Shown here piece by piece: positions 19,039 to 28,370 of a stretch of DNA of 58,519 nucleotides. The stretch's first letter is position 1, and each line of letters opens with the position of its first letter. Under the pieces are notes generated by a model that worked only from the letters and a program-made list of their open reading frames with translations, had not been told where the DNA came from and did no database searches. This DNA is from Candidatus Acidiferrales bacterium (lineage in GTDB: Bacteria; Patescibacteriota; Microgenomatia; Levybacterales; UBA12049), in NCBI GenBank assembly GCA_035533875.1, contig DATLSZ010000033.1:1-58519 (forward strand), in the 5' to 3' direction. The position numbers and the translations under genes are program-made.

Positions 19039-21126
19039 ATGCAACCCACAAAAACAGTTGATTTTATTGTCATTGGCTCAGGTATCGCAGGGCTCAACAC
19101 GGCTCGTATTCTCTCTTCATATGGCAATGTTCTCATCGTTACTAAAAGTAACATAACTGATTCCTCAACTTCTCTTGCACAGGGAGGAATTGCCGCTGTT
19201 GTAAAGAATGATGACTCAGCAGCATCTCATATACAAGACACCCTCGATGCCGGATATCAGCATAATAATAAACGTGCGGTAGAATTTTTGGTGAAAGGCG
19301 GCAGACAGGCGGTTACGACGCTAACAAAACTTGGTGTGCAGTTTGACCGGAACTCGCAAGGTGATTTCATCTCGTCTTTTGAAGCCGCTCATTCCTCCCC
19401 TCGTATTCTTCACGCAACAGATTTCACCGGACAGGAAATAGAAAAAGTTCTTGTTGCCGATGTTTTAAAAAAACAATCAATAGAAGTCTGGACAAATACT
19501 TCGGCAGTTGATCTTATCGTACAAGATAACATTTGTTATGGCATACAAGTTCTCAAAAACGGAATTTTCTCTTCAATTTTTGCAAGAGCAGTAGTTATCG
19601 CGACAGGCGGCGTCGGATACCTCTATCAATGGACAGCTAATCCGAGTGTCGCAACAGGAGACGGTATCGCTATTGCCCTTCGAGCTGGAGCAGCAATGAA
19701 AGATCTGGAATTTATCCAGTTCCACCCCACAGCGCTTGCGGAAAACGCATCACCGCTCCTGCTTCTCTCAGAAGCGCTCAGAGGCGACGGTGCGGTGTTG
19801 ATAAATGCCAAACACGAACGCTTTATGCCACAGATCCATCCGCTTGCCGAACTCGCACCGCGAGATGTTGTCGCACGCGCAATTTTCCAAGAACAGAAAA
19901 ATGGCACTGTTTATCTGGACATCAGCCACCGAAAAAAAGATTTTATTATGATGCGTTTTCCCAATATCACCAAAGAACTGAAAAAAAGAGGCTGGGATCT
20001 TACCCGTGAACCCATCCCGGTAACTCCTGCTGCTCATTTTCTTTGCGGCGGCATTAAAACCGATCGGCATGGACGAACATCAATTAAAAATCTTTTTGCA
20101 TATGGCGAGACCGCCGCAACAGGAGTGCACGGAGCAAACCGCCTTGCTTCAAATTCCCTATTGGAAGGCATGGTATTTTCGGATCAAATTCAGTATTGTA
20201 TCGCTGATTTACCACAAACACCACACATAATCCCGGTACAAAAAGTCAGTATTACCAAACAAAACCGTGAAGATATCGACAAGCAAGTCCGGAAAATTAT
20301 GTGGCAATATGTGGGAATCATACGAACTTCTCAAGGATTGGCAATTGCTCGTAAAAAACTTGAAGCGTTACAATTGGAAATGCACCAAGTGGATGGAATA
20401 AATGCATCGATCATGCAGACAAAAAATATACTGGCTACAGCTCTTCTTATAACAAAAGCTGCTCAAAAACGGAAAAAAAGTCTTGGTACACATTTTATAA
20501 CGAATTCTCAAACTGATTTGCTACAATACACTGGAGTTATGCAACAGATCTCTATAAAAGTATCACTCGTTATTTTCCGGATTGAATCGGATTCTCTCTG
20601 TGTATATATACCCAACGGCAAACTTCCTTCTGAAAATATTTCACAGACAGTATCCCTGGATGATCAGGTAAAAGAAATTTTTCATGCTAGTCTCGGATTC
20701 CTGCTTGGCACTAATTATGCCGAACAGCTTTATACGGTTTCAGAAAAGAAAAATGAGATAACAATCGCGTATTATATTTTGCTATCTGATAGTGACAAAG
20801 TGAAAGCAAGAACAGAGCATTGGAAAAAAATTTCAGGCAAAGATCAACAGCAAATCATTGCATACGCAATCCAGCGGTTGCGATGGAAAATAGAATATAC
20901 CAATGTCGTATACAGTCTGCTCCCAAAAACGTTTACTTTAGGTGATCTGCAAAAGACGTATGAAATTATCCTTGGCAAAAAACTTGATAAACGGAATTTC
21001 AGGAAAAAAATTCTTTCGCTGCAATTTCTCAAGCAAACCGGAGAAAAAAGGACAGACAATGCCCGTCCTGCGCAGATGTATACCTTCACCAAACGCTCCC
21101 CGATGCTTGTCAAAGTGTTTTCTTAA
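19039..21126 (+). CDS. nadB: L-aspartate oxidase fused in frame to an NrtR-like Nudix/winged-HTH regulator
   Basis: IGSGIAG, AQGGI, EAAHS..RILHA, EFIQFHPT, SEALRG, PRDVVAR, GVHGANRLASNSLLEG; then wHTH FTL.DLQKTYEIILGKKLDKRNFRKKI...RPAQMY; no stop between. Confidence 0.9.
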   Translation: MQPTKTVDFIVIGSGIAGLNTARILSSYGNVLIVTKSNITDSSTSLAQGGIAAVVKNDDSAASHIQDTLDAGYQHNNKRAVEFLVKGGRQAVTTLTKLGVQFDRNSQGDFISSFEAAHSSPRILHATDFTGQEIEKVLVADVLKKQSIEVWTNTSAVDLIVQDNICYGIQVLKNGIFSSIFARAVVIATGGVGYLYQWTANPSVATGDGIAIALRAGAAMKDLEFIQFHPTALAENASPLLLLSEALRGDGAVLINAKHERFMPQIHPLAELAPRDVVARAIFQEQKNGTVYLDISHRKKDFIMMRFPNITKELKKRGWDLTREPIPVTPAAHFLCGGIKTDRHGRTSIKNLFAYGETAATGVHGANRLASNSLLEGMVFSDQIQYCIADLPQTPHIIPVQKVSITKQNREDIDKQVRKIMWQYVGIIRTSQGLAIARKKLEALQLEMHQVDGINASIMQTKNILATALLITKAAQKRKKSLGTHFITNSQTDLLQYTGVMQQISIKVSLVIFRIESDSLCVYIPNGKLPSENISQTVSLDDQVKEIFHASLGFLLGTNYAEQLYTVSEKKNEITIAYYILLSDSDKVKARTEHWKKISGKDQQQIIAYAIQRLRWKIEYTNVVYSLLPKTFTLGDLQKTYEIILGKKLDKRNFRKKILSLQFLKQTGEKRTDNARPAQMYTFTKRSPMLVKVFS

Positions 21127-21133
21127 AGAATTA

Positions 21134-22306
21134 TTACCGCAGTCCACCGATTACCTTAACCCGTTCAAGGAGTAAATCATCTTCAAGAACTTTTCCTGTA
21201 CCGCGGACAACTGACGTCAAAGAATCGTTGGAAACAACCACCGGCATATGGATACGTTCTGCCAACAATAAATCCAAACCGGAAAGCTGTGCTCCTCCTC
21301 CGGTTAATAAAACTCCCTGTTCCAAGATATCGGGGAGCAGTTCCGGCGGTGTCTCTTCCAGAACGTCAGCAACTGTTTGGGTAATCTGCGTAAGAATTGG
21401 TGATAACGCTTCGCGAATCTCAGCTTCGGTAATCTTAAGACTTCGCGGCAAACCGGTCTCAATATCCCGTCCCCGGATTATCATCATTTTCTCAAGATGC
21501 GGATTGCCTTCAATAACTTTATCTTTTTCATCTTTGCTATCAATCTGTTCCTTCAATTTTGAATTTTGTCGCGAGGATTCCCCTTGAGGGGAAACTTTGA
21601 ACTTTACATTTTTTTTATACGCACTGCCAATTCTCATTTTTATTTCCTCTGATGTTCTCTCTCCAATAATCAAGCCATGCCGCAGGCGGATATAATGCAG
21701 GATTGATTGATCCATATCATCTCCGGCGAGCTTGATTGACCGGCCGACAACAATACCGCCGAGTGAGATAACTGCGATTTCGGTTGTTCCTCCGCCAATA
21801 TCAACGACCATTGAACCTTTTGACTGAAATATCGAGACGCCTTCCCCAATCGCAGCTGCCATAGGCTCTTCGATAAGGTATGCTTCCCGTGCTCCTGCGG
21901 AAAGCGCAGCTTCCCATACCGCCCGCCTTTCGACTTCAGTGACAGCGGAAGGAATACCGATCACGACTTTAGGTCTTGCCAAAAGACGCGGCAGCGCACT
22001 TCCCATCTCATGAACTTGCTTTATATAATGGGCTATCATCGCTTCGGTCGCGTCAAAATCAGCGATCACACCGCCGCGGAGCGGCCTGATGGTCAGAATT
22101 GATGCCGGCGTTTTGCCAAGCATCTTTTTTGCATCAGTACCAATTGCGATAATCCGCTTTGTTTTTTTGTGTTTGGCAACAACAGACGGTTCGCGTATCA
22201 CGATTCCTTTATCTTTGACAAACACTAGTGTATTGGCTGTCCCCAAATCAATGCCGATGTCATGGGAGAAGAGACTGAAGAATTTATTGACGGGAGAAAA
22301 GTTCAT
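21134..22306 (-). CDS. mreB: Rod shape-determining protein MreB
   Basis: IGIDLGTANT, EPMAAAIG, DIGGGTTE and LTGGGA motifs; carries a low-complexity insertion. Confidence 0.96.
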   Translation of the reverse strand: MNFSPVNKFFSLFSHDIGIDLGTANTLVFVKDKGIVIREPSVVAKHKKTKRIIAIGTDAKKMLGKTPASILTIRPLRGGVIADFDATEAMIAHYIKQVHEMGSALPRLLARPKVVIGIPSAVTEVERRAVWEAALSAGAREAYLIEEPMAAAIGEGVSIFQSKGSMVVDIGGGTTEIAVISLGGIVVGRSIKLAGDDMDQSILHYIRLRHGLIIGERTSEEIKMRIGSAYKKNVKFKVSPQGESSRQNSKLKEQIDSKDEKDKVIEGNPHLEKMMIIRGRDIETGLPRSLKITEAEIREALSPILTQITQTVADVLEETPPELLPDILEQGVLLTGGGAQLSGLDLLLAERIHMPVVVSNDSLTSVVRGTGKVLEDDLLLERVKVIGGLR

Positions 22307-22463
22307 ACTTAATGAGCGTTTAGCGTCTAGCTGCTAGCGTTTAGTAAAAAAATTTATTTTAAACATAAAAACTAGATGCTCGATGCTATACCCTAGACGC
22401 TTCCGTCATTCTACCAGCTTGCTCAAGTTTTGCCAATATGATAGGATGAAAAAGAGTTAAAAA

Positions 22464-24737
22464 ATGAAGCTGCTGACTTACTGCAATAAGGTTATCGAGT
22501 ATTCCTTCTATGCTCTTTTCTTCCTCGTACCGCTTGTGTTCTCAGGCGATACGTCGGAACTCTTTGAACTGAACAAAATGTGGCTGACTTTCGCCATAAC
22601 GGCAATTATTGGAGCTGCGTGGGCCTCAAAAATGGTTCTTCAGAAAAAGATGGTAATCCAACGGACGCCAATAGATATCCTGCTGCTGCTGTTTCTTGTA
22701 TCGCAAATCATCTCCAGTATTTTTTCACTTGATCAGTATGTATCCTGGTGGGGGTATTATTCAAGGTTTAACGGCGGACTGCTTTCAACAATCTGTTATA
22801 TCATCCTGTACTATGCCTTTGTCAGCAACATGGAAGCCAAACAAGTCTTCAGGACAATACTTGTCAGCCTTATCTCCGGACTGTTTGTTTCGCTCTGGGG
22901 ATTTCCTTCCCATTTTGGTGCCGATCCGACTTGTCTTGTGTTCCGTGGGACGCTAGATACTTCCTGCTGGACCGATGCATTCAAACCCACGATTCGCGCC
23001 TTTTCAACATTGGGACAACCGGCATGGCTTGCAGCATATATGGCATTTCTTATACCAGTATCAATGGCCTATACAGTGAAGAATAGTACAAACAAAGTCA
23101 CATATATCAGTTATTTGCTCTTAACAATCTTCTTTTATCTCCTGCTTCTTTTTTCCGATACAAGAGCCGGTTATATAGCGTTTTGGGCGGCAAATATTTT
23201 ATTTTGGGCAGCGATCTTCTTCAAAAAAATGTACCCCAAGAAACAATTCTTCAAGCAGCTGCTTATCATCAATATTTTCCTAATTCTCTCAAGTTTCGTT
23301 TTCGGTCATGGGCTTGATTCATTTAGAAATTATGCCAGTCCGTTGTTCCCCAAACCCGCACCCACTGCAGCTCCCGCGCAAACACAAACTGCCCAAACCG
23401 GAAGCAACACCACGGCACCGGCATCTACTGCATCAATTCCCAATAGTATAAATATAACTGATTCCGGAAAAATCCGGCTTCTGGTTTGGAAAGGAGCCAT
23501 CAACGCATGGGAAAATAATCCTCTTTTTGGTACTGGTGTTGAGACATATGCGTTTGCGTACTATAAATACAAACTCCCTGCGCACAATCTCACATCCGAA
23601 TGGGATTATCTGTATAACAAAGCACACAACGAATATCTTAATTACCTCGCGACAACCGGAATTTTCGGTTTGGGAACCTATCTTGGATTCATCGGGGTCT
23701 TTCTATTTATGACAGGTAAGTGGTACATCAATAAAAGCTCCCAGAAAGATAAAGAGGCGTTTAAGGAAATTGATAAGCCCCTGGCGACTACATTGCTCGT
23801 CATCAGTATGATCGCAGGATATTTCACAATACTCATTTCCAACTTCTTTGGATTCTCTGTTGTTATTATTAATCTGTATGTCTTTTTGGTGCCGGGATTT
23901 GTTTTTATCCTTTTAGGAATGTTAAAGAGTAGACACCCACTCGTATTACCCGCAAGCGCAGCGCATGAGAAGACAACGCAGCATGTTGAAAAAATAAAAC
24001 CGTTTCAATGGACAATGATTGTAATTTTTGTCGGTATTGCCTGCTGGATGATTATCGGACTGATTTGGTTCCGTCAAGCAGATATCTCATATGCACTTGG
24101 AAATAATCTTGACAAAGTTGGAGATTACAAACAAGCATATCCTCAGTTATTGCAAGCGGTACAAATGGAACCAAACGAACCAACCTATAAAGATGAACTT
24201 GCAATTAATCTTGCAGCACTAGGTGCTATACTTTATAGTCAAAATGATGCTGCACAAGCATCGCAAGTGGCACAAAACGCGGTCGGTTTAAGTACCGATG
24301 TCGTAACCAATCATCCAAATAATGTTGTCTTTTGGAAAGACCGAGTACGAGTCTTTTATACACTCTCTGCAGGAGATACCAAAGACGCAGGAACGTATCT
24401 TCACGGTGCTGTCCAAGCGATCGATATAGCTCAAAACTTAGCACCAACTGATGCAAAAATTGCTTACAATCAAGGTGTCTTGTATGGGCAGATTGGAGAA
24501 TTACCACAGGCAATTCAAATGCTGAATAATACCATCAAACTCAGACCATACTATCTTGATGCCTATATTGCGCTTGGATTGTTCTATCATGAAGCTGCAA
24601 TTGATAAAAACGGTAAAGTCATCAATCCTGATATGCAGCAAAAAGCAATCGATGCATATAATTTTATTCTCCAGCACCTTGACCCGAATAACGCTACCGC
24701 TAAAAAAAGCTTAGAACAGTGGCGCACTGGCAAATAA
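22464..24737 (+). CDS. O-antigen ligase/O-oligosaccharyltransferase-like membrane protein with C-terminal TPRs
   Basis: Multi-TM, STLGQP..LA, TRAG, R..VW, GTG.ET, KAHNEYL...TTGIFG, then TPR-like helices. Confidence 0.85.
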   Translation: MKLLTYCNKVIEYSFYALFFLVPLVFSGDTSELFELNKMWLTFAITAIIGAAWASKMVLQKKMVIQRTPIDILLLLFLVSQIISSIFSLDQYVSWWGYYSRFNGGLLSTICYIILYYAFVSNMEAKQVFRTILVSLISGLFVSLWGFPSHFGADPTCLVFRGTLDTSCWTDAFKPTIRAFSTLGQPAWLAAYMAFLIPVSMAYTVKNSTNKVTYISYLLLTIFFYLLLLFSDTRAGYIAFWAANILFWAAIFFKKMYPKKQFFKQLLIINIFLILSSFVFGHGLDSFRNYASPLFPKPAPTAAPAQTQTAQTGSNTTAPASTASIPNSINITDSGKIRLLVWKGAINAWENNPLFGTGVETYAFAYYKYKLPAHNLTSEWDYLYNKAHNEYLNYLATTGIFGLGTYLGFIGVFLFMTGKWYINKSSQKDKEAFKEIDKPLATTLLVISMIAGYFTILISNFFGFSVVIINLYVFLVPGFVFILLGMLKSRHPLVLPASAAHEKTTQHVEKIKPFQWTMIVIFVGIACWMIIGLIWFRQADISYALGNNLDKVGDYKQAYPQLLQAVQMEPNEPTYKDELAINLAALGAILYSQNDAAQASQVAQNAVGLSTDVVTNHPNNVVFWKDRVRVFYTLSAGDTKDAGTYLHGAVQAIDIAQNLAPTDAKIAYNQGVLYGQIGELPQAIQMLNNTIKLRPYYLDAYIALGLFYHEAAIDKNGKVINPDMQQKAIDAYNFILQHLDPNNATAKKSLEQWRTGK

Positions 24738-24783
24738 GTCAAGTATTTTATTTCACGTACCAGATGAGGTATAATAGGCAGCA

Positions 24784-25374
24784 ATGAAGATTGTTCAAGC
24801 ACCCGATCAAGTACTTTCACAAGTTGCAAAACCTGTCGAAAGAGTAGATAAAACAATAAAAAAACTGCTGAAAGATATGGAACAAACATTGACCAGCCAA
24901 ACCGACCCTGAAGGCGTTGGTCTGGCAGCACCGCAAGTCGGTATATCGTCTCAGATTTTTATTGTCAAACAAGAACCCGATTCCCCTTTTATGACCTTTA
25001 TCAATCCAGTCATTGAAAAAACATTTGAAAAACCGGTCGAAAAATCAACAGCTATAAAACAAAGCATAAAAACAACAGCCGCAAAAAAGAAAGCAAAAAT
25101 AGATAAAGGAGTCCAACTAGAAGGCTGCCTCTCACTTAAAGATGTCTGGGGCGTTGTCAAACGTCCTTATGGAGTCATCCTTTCCTATGTGGATGAACAG
25201 GGAGTCAAACACAAAAAAACATTTGATGGTTTTCTTGCGACTATTATACAACATGAAGTTGACCATCTGCAGGGAATTCTGTTCCCAAAAAGAGTACTTG
25301 AACAACATAATCACCTCTACCACTCAGTAAAAAATAAGAAGGGTGAAGTGGAATTTGAGGAAATAGAAATCTAA
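24784..25374 (+). CDS. def: Peptide deformylase
   Basis: GVGLAAPQVG, EGCLS and QHEVDHLQG motifs. Confidence 0.97.
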   Translation: MKIVQAPDQVLSQVAKPVERVDKTIKKLLKDMEQTLTSQTDPEGVGLAAPQVGISSQIFIVKQEPDSPFMTFINPVIEKTFEKPVEKSTAIKQSIKTTAAKKKAKIDKGVQLEGCLSLKDVWGVVKRPYGVILSYVDEQGVKHKKTFDGFLATIIQHEVDHLQGILFPKRVLEQHNHLYHSVKNKKGEVEFEEIEI

Positions 25375-25377
25375 ACG

Positions 25378-25442
25378 AGATGTAAGATATAAGATTTAGG
25401 ATTAAAGAATACTTAAATCTTCAATCTTTAATCTTTAATCTA
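25378..25442. repeat. Inverted array of degenerate heptamers (AAGATTT / AAATCTT type)
   Basis: GAGATGT AAGATAT AAGATTT AGGATTA ... AAATCTT CAATCTT TAATCTT TAATCT. Confidence 0.8.
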
Positions 25443-25447
25443 ATTAC

Positions 25448-26320
25448 ATGAAAGTCATATTCTTTGGTACTCCAAAAGAAGTTGTTCCGGTCTTAGAAAA
25501 TATATCCAAACAGTATGACGTTATCGCCGTAGTCACAGCTCCAGACCAAAAAGCAGGACGCAAACAGCTACTGACAGCACCCCCTGTCAAAACCGCAGCG
25601 CAAAAGTTAGGAATTCCAGTCATCCAACCCGAAAATAATAATTCTCTTAAATCTTCACTCTTTAATCTTACATCTGATTTATATGTTGTCGCAGCATACG
25701 GAGCGATAATCTCGGATTCGATTTTGCATCTGCCAAAATATGGTGCGATAAATATTCACCCGTCGCTTCTTCCAAAATATCGGGGCCCAACACCGATCCA
25801 GACTACCTTACTTAATGGTGATCAAACATCAGGTGTTACGTTTATCAAAATGGATAAACAAATGGATCACGGTCCGATTTTACATCAAATTCCATTTACT
25901 TTGGAAAAAACAGATACATTTGACTGGCTCATGCAGAGCATGTTTGCCCAAGCTGCGGTAATCTTGCCGAATGTGATTCACGACTTTGTCTCCGGTAAAA
26001 TCACACCTCAGCAGCAAGATGAAACCAAAGCAACATATACAAAAATAATCACCAAACAAGATGGATATATTGATCTATCAGATTTAGAAACTCTTAAACC
26101 AGTGGAAATTGAAAATTGGAAATTGAAAAATGAGCGAAAAATTCGCGCCTATTATCCATGGCCGACAGTATGGACAAAAGCGAAAATAAACGACCGGGAG
26201 ACGCGAATTAATTTTCTTCCACAAAAAAAACTACAGGTCGAAGGAAAAAATCCGATAAGTCTTAAAGACTTTCTTAACGGCTATCCGTATATGGAAAAAT
26301 CCGTAGGGAAACTTTATTAA
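25448..26320 (+). CDS. fmt: Methionyl-tRNA formyltransferase
   Basis: VIFFGT, VVAAYG, NIHPSLLPKYRGPTP and MDHGPI motifs; follows def. Confidence 0.95.
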   Translation: MKVIFFGTPKEVVPVLENISKQYDVIAVVTAPDQKAGRKQLLTAPPVKTAAQKLGIPVIQPENNNSLKSSLFNLTSDLYVVAAYGAIISDSILHLPKYGAINIHPSLLPKYRGPTPIQTTLLNGDQTSGVTFIKMDKQMDHGPILHQIPFTLEKTDTFDWLMQSMFAQAAVILPNVIHDFVSGKITPQQQDETKATYTKIITKQDGYIDLSDLETLKPVEIENWKLKNERKIRAYYPWPTVWTKAKINDRETRINFLPQKKLQVEGKNPISLKDFLNGYPYMEKSVGKLY

Positions 26321-26345
26321 TATTTTAACTACAGGCCTAAATATA

Positions 26346-26374
26346 TTGACAAGTTCCTTGTTTTTTGCTATGAT
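26346..26374 (+). promoter_or_regulatory. Sigma70 promoter
   Basis: TTGACA-N17-TATGAT with TG extension, 10 nt before ATG 26385. Confidence 0.75.
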
Positions 26375-26384
26375 ATAGCAACTT

Positions 26385-26603
26385 ATGAGTGACCCATTTA
26401 CCGGCGCAACAGGTGATGCCATGGCCGACGCGATAGGCGGACTATTTGAGCTCCCTGAAGTAGATCTTGACAACCAACTTGTAGAAATTGCTAGTGGAGA
26501 AGGCTCTACAAGTGATTCAAGTTCTGATACTGAAGATACCAATGCTATAGAGGGCGATGGCAGCCTCGATGCTGCCCTTATTGACTTAATCCCTACACCG
26601 TAA
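26385..26603 (+). CDS. Small, highly acidic hypothetical protein (72 aa)
   Basis: ORF behind a consensus promoter; 17 D/E and no K/R/H. Confidence 0.7.
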   Translation: MSDPFTGATGDAMADAIGGLFELPEVDLDNQLVEIASGEGSTSDSSSDTEDTNAIEGDGSLDAALIDLIPTP

Positions 26604-26704
26604 GAATAATACCGCACAAGACACCCTTACGCAAGACTGTCTTTTAGATTGATCTTTTAAGAGAATACTTAGAAACTAATCTTACTGTTCTTTCCTTAAT
26701 TTTA

Positions 26705-26941
26705 TTACGCGGCTGTCTGTGGAACTGTTTCTGTGGGAATTTCAACAGGCTCTTCTACCCGAATTTTCTTAAGTGTTCGCAGACATTTTGTGCACAGCTT
26801 AAGACGGACAAAACCGGTCGTGGTTTTGACGCGTGCACTGTGCAAATTTGGTTTGAATACTCGTGGTGTGCGGCGTTTGGAATGAGACACATTGTGCCCA
26901 TACATTACACCTTTGCCGCAATACATACATTTCATTGCCAT
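26705..26941 (-). CDS. rpmB: 50S ribosomal protein L28
   Basis: CxxCGKG...G.NVSHS.RRT.R.FKPNL...CTKCLR. Confidence 0.95.
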   Translation of the reverse strand: MAMKCMYCGKGVMYGHNVSHSKRRTPRVFKPNLHSARVKTTTGFVRLKLCTKCLRTLKKIRVEEPVEIPTETVPQTAA

Positions 26942-27076
26942 AGAATAGTATGATATCATATAACCGAGCTTATCTCAAGCCCAGAAAACTCAGACAACTC
27001 AGTTGACCAGAATTTTTGATAATCAGATTTTCTGAAATTCAGACATTCCGGCTCTCCGAGTTTTCCGAAATTATAT

Positions 27077-27706
27077 ATGGATATTATTTTAGTTCTATTC
27101 ATTCTTCTCTACTCAGCAATCCTTCATGAAATCATGCATGGATTTATTGCCTATCGTTTGGGAGATCCTACCGCAAAATTGTTAGGGAGGCTTACATTAA
27201 ATCCCGTCAAACATCTTGATATCTTCTATAGTTTACTTCTCCCGCTTGGGTTATTCCTCAGTCATTTACCGATTATCGGAGGCGCCAAACCAGTTCCTGT
27301 AGATCCATTCAATCTCCGCGACGGAATGAAAGATTTCGCGCTTGTCTCTGTTGCTGGCCCTCTGACCAATATCTCTTTGGCGATCATCGCAAGTCTTATC
27401 GCCCATCTCGTTTTTCCGCATATGTCGTTTGCAGAATTAGGCACAGTAAATTTTTTTGGTGTAATTCTTTACTACGTTATTCAAATTAATCTTGCGTTAG
27501 GAATCTTTAATTTAGTTCCGATCCCGCCGCTTGACGGTTCCAAACTCGTTGCGCTGCTGCTTCCGGAAAGAATTGCAGCATCGTATCTTGCGCTTGGTAA
27601 TGGTGGATTGGGGCTAATCTTAATTGTTGTACTCTTCTACATGCTGGGGTTTGGCAGTCTTCTTTATTCCCTTATATATGGCGCGATCAGGATTCTCGGG
27701 TTCTAA
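27077..27706 (+). CDS. Site-2 protease (M50) family protein
   Basis: LHEIMH (HExxH), GDPTAK..GRLTLNP, AGP and NLVPIPPLDG motifs. Confidence 0.92.
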   Translation: MDIILVLFILLYSAILHEIMHGFIAYRLGDPTAKLLGRLTLNPVKHLDIFYSLLLPLGLFLSHLPIIGGAKPVPVDPFNLRDGMKDFALVSVAGPLTNISLAIIASLIAHLVFPHMSFAELGTVNFFGVILYYVIQINLALGIFNLVPIPPLDGSKLVALLLPERIAASYLALGNGGLGLILIVVLFYMLGFGSLLYSLIYGAIRILGF

Positions 27707-27754
27707 TAAATTATTTACTAGCTTCACAGAGCATCTGTCTCTTTTGTCAAGATC

Positions 27755-27783
27755 TTGACTTTTCACAAGTCCGGAAATATACT
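27755..27783 (+). promoter_or_regulatory. Sigma70 promoter
   Basis: TTGACT-N17-TATACT, with no credible ORF downstream before the tRNAs. Confidence 0.7.
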
Positions 27784-27789
27784 GTATTT

Positions 27790-28051
27790 GCTCTTTGATA
27801 TTGGATATTGGTTGTCTTAATTTTTCTCTACTTCTACATTCCTGAGGTACTGTCTGGAGTGTGAACTCTTGATGGGACGAGGTCGTTTTTGTAGCTTACT
27901 GAGGTAAGATGCATAACCTTCCTAATTGTAACTTTGGGAAAAATGCCAACCAAGTCCGTATCTAAGAGCACTGAACTTATCTTTTTTATCTCGTTAACTT
28001 TTTGGAAACTGATAAAAAATCTCCTTTGCCCGGAGCGGCAAATTGTTTCTT
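27790..28051 (+). ncRNA. Candidate structured ncRNA (possibly 6S-like rod)
   Basis: Bounded by a promoter and a TTTGCC/GGCAAA hairpin plus T-rich tail; by-eye rod-like pairing 27858-27972. Confidence 0.3.
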
Positions 28052-28125
28052 CGTAAGTAAGCCTTGCTCAAGTTCCTCCACTTTGATAAAATTGCATATA
28101 CCTTTTCCATTCTGCTATGCAGAAT

Positions 28126-28197
28126 GCCGTCTTAGCTCAGTGGTAGAGCAGCTGTTTTGTAAACAGCAGGTCGTCGGTCCGAATCCGACAGACGGCT
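28126..28197 (+). tRNA. trnT: tRNA-Thr(UGU)
   Basis: Acceptor GCCGTCT/AGACGGC; anticodon arm GCTGT-TTTGTAA-ACAGC. Confidence 0.95.
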
Positions 28198-28370
28198 CAG
28201 AGAACTGCACGAACGTGCAGAGTTAAGAGATAACGATTCGAGTTATAATAGAAGTTGATAGCAGAATAAAATAATTGCGCGTCGCGGCGACGCAACACGA
28301 TCAAATGCCGCCGCGCTTCTCTAAAGGGAAAATCGTTGGGACAAAACCGTGAGGTTTTGTCCCATAGACC

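Noticed and set aside
27800-27960. Possible TGA read-through (code 25) suggested by in-frame TGAs in the gap
   Set aside because: Well-supported genes end in TGA (for example 11800, 35108, 37237) and conserved proteins have no internal TGA; standard code 11 fits.
28002-28226. 74-aa ORF
   Set aside because: It overlaps tRNA-Thr and the candidate terminator; spurious.
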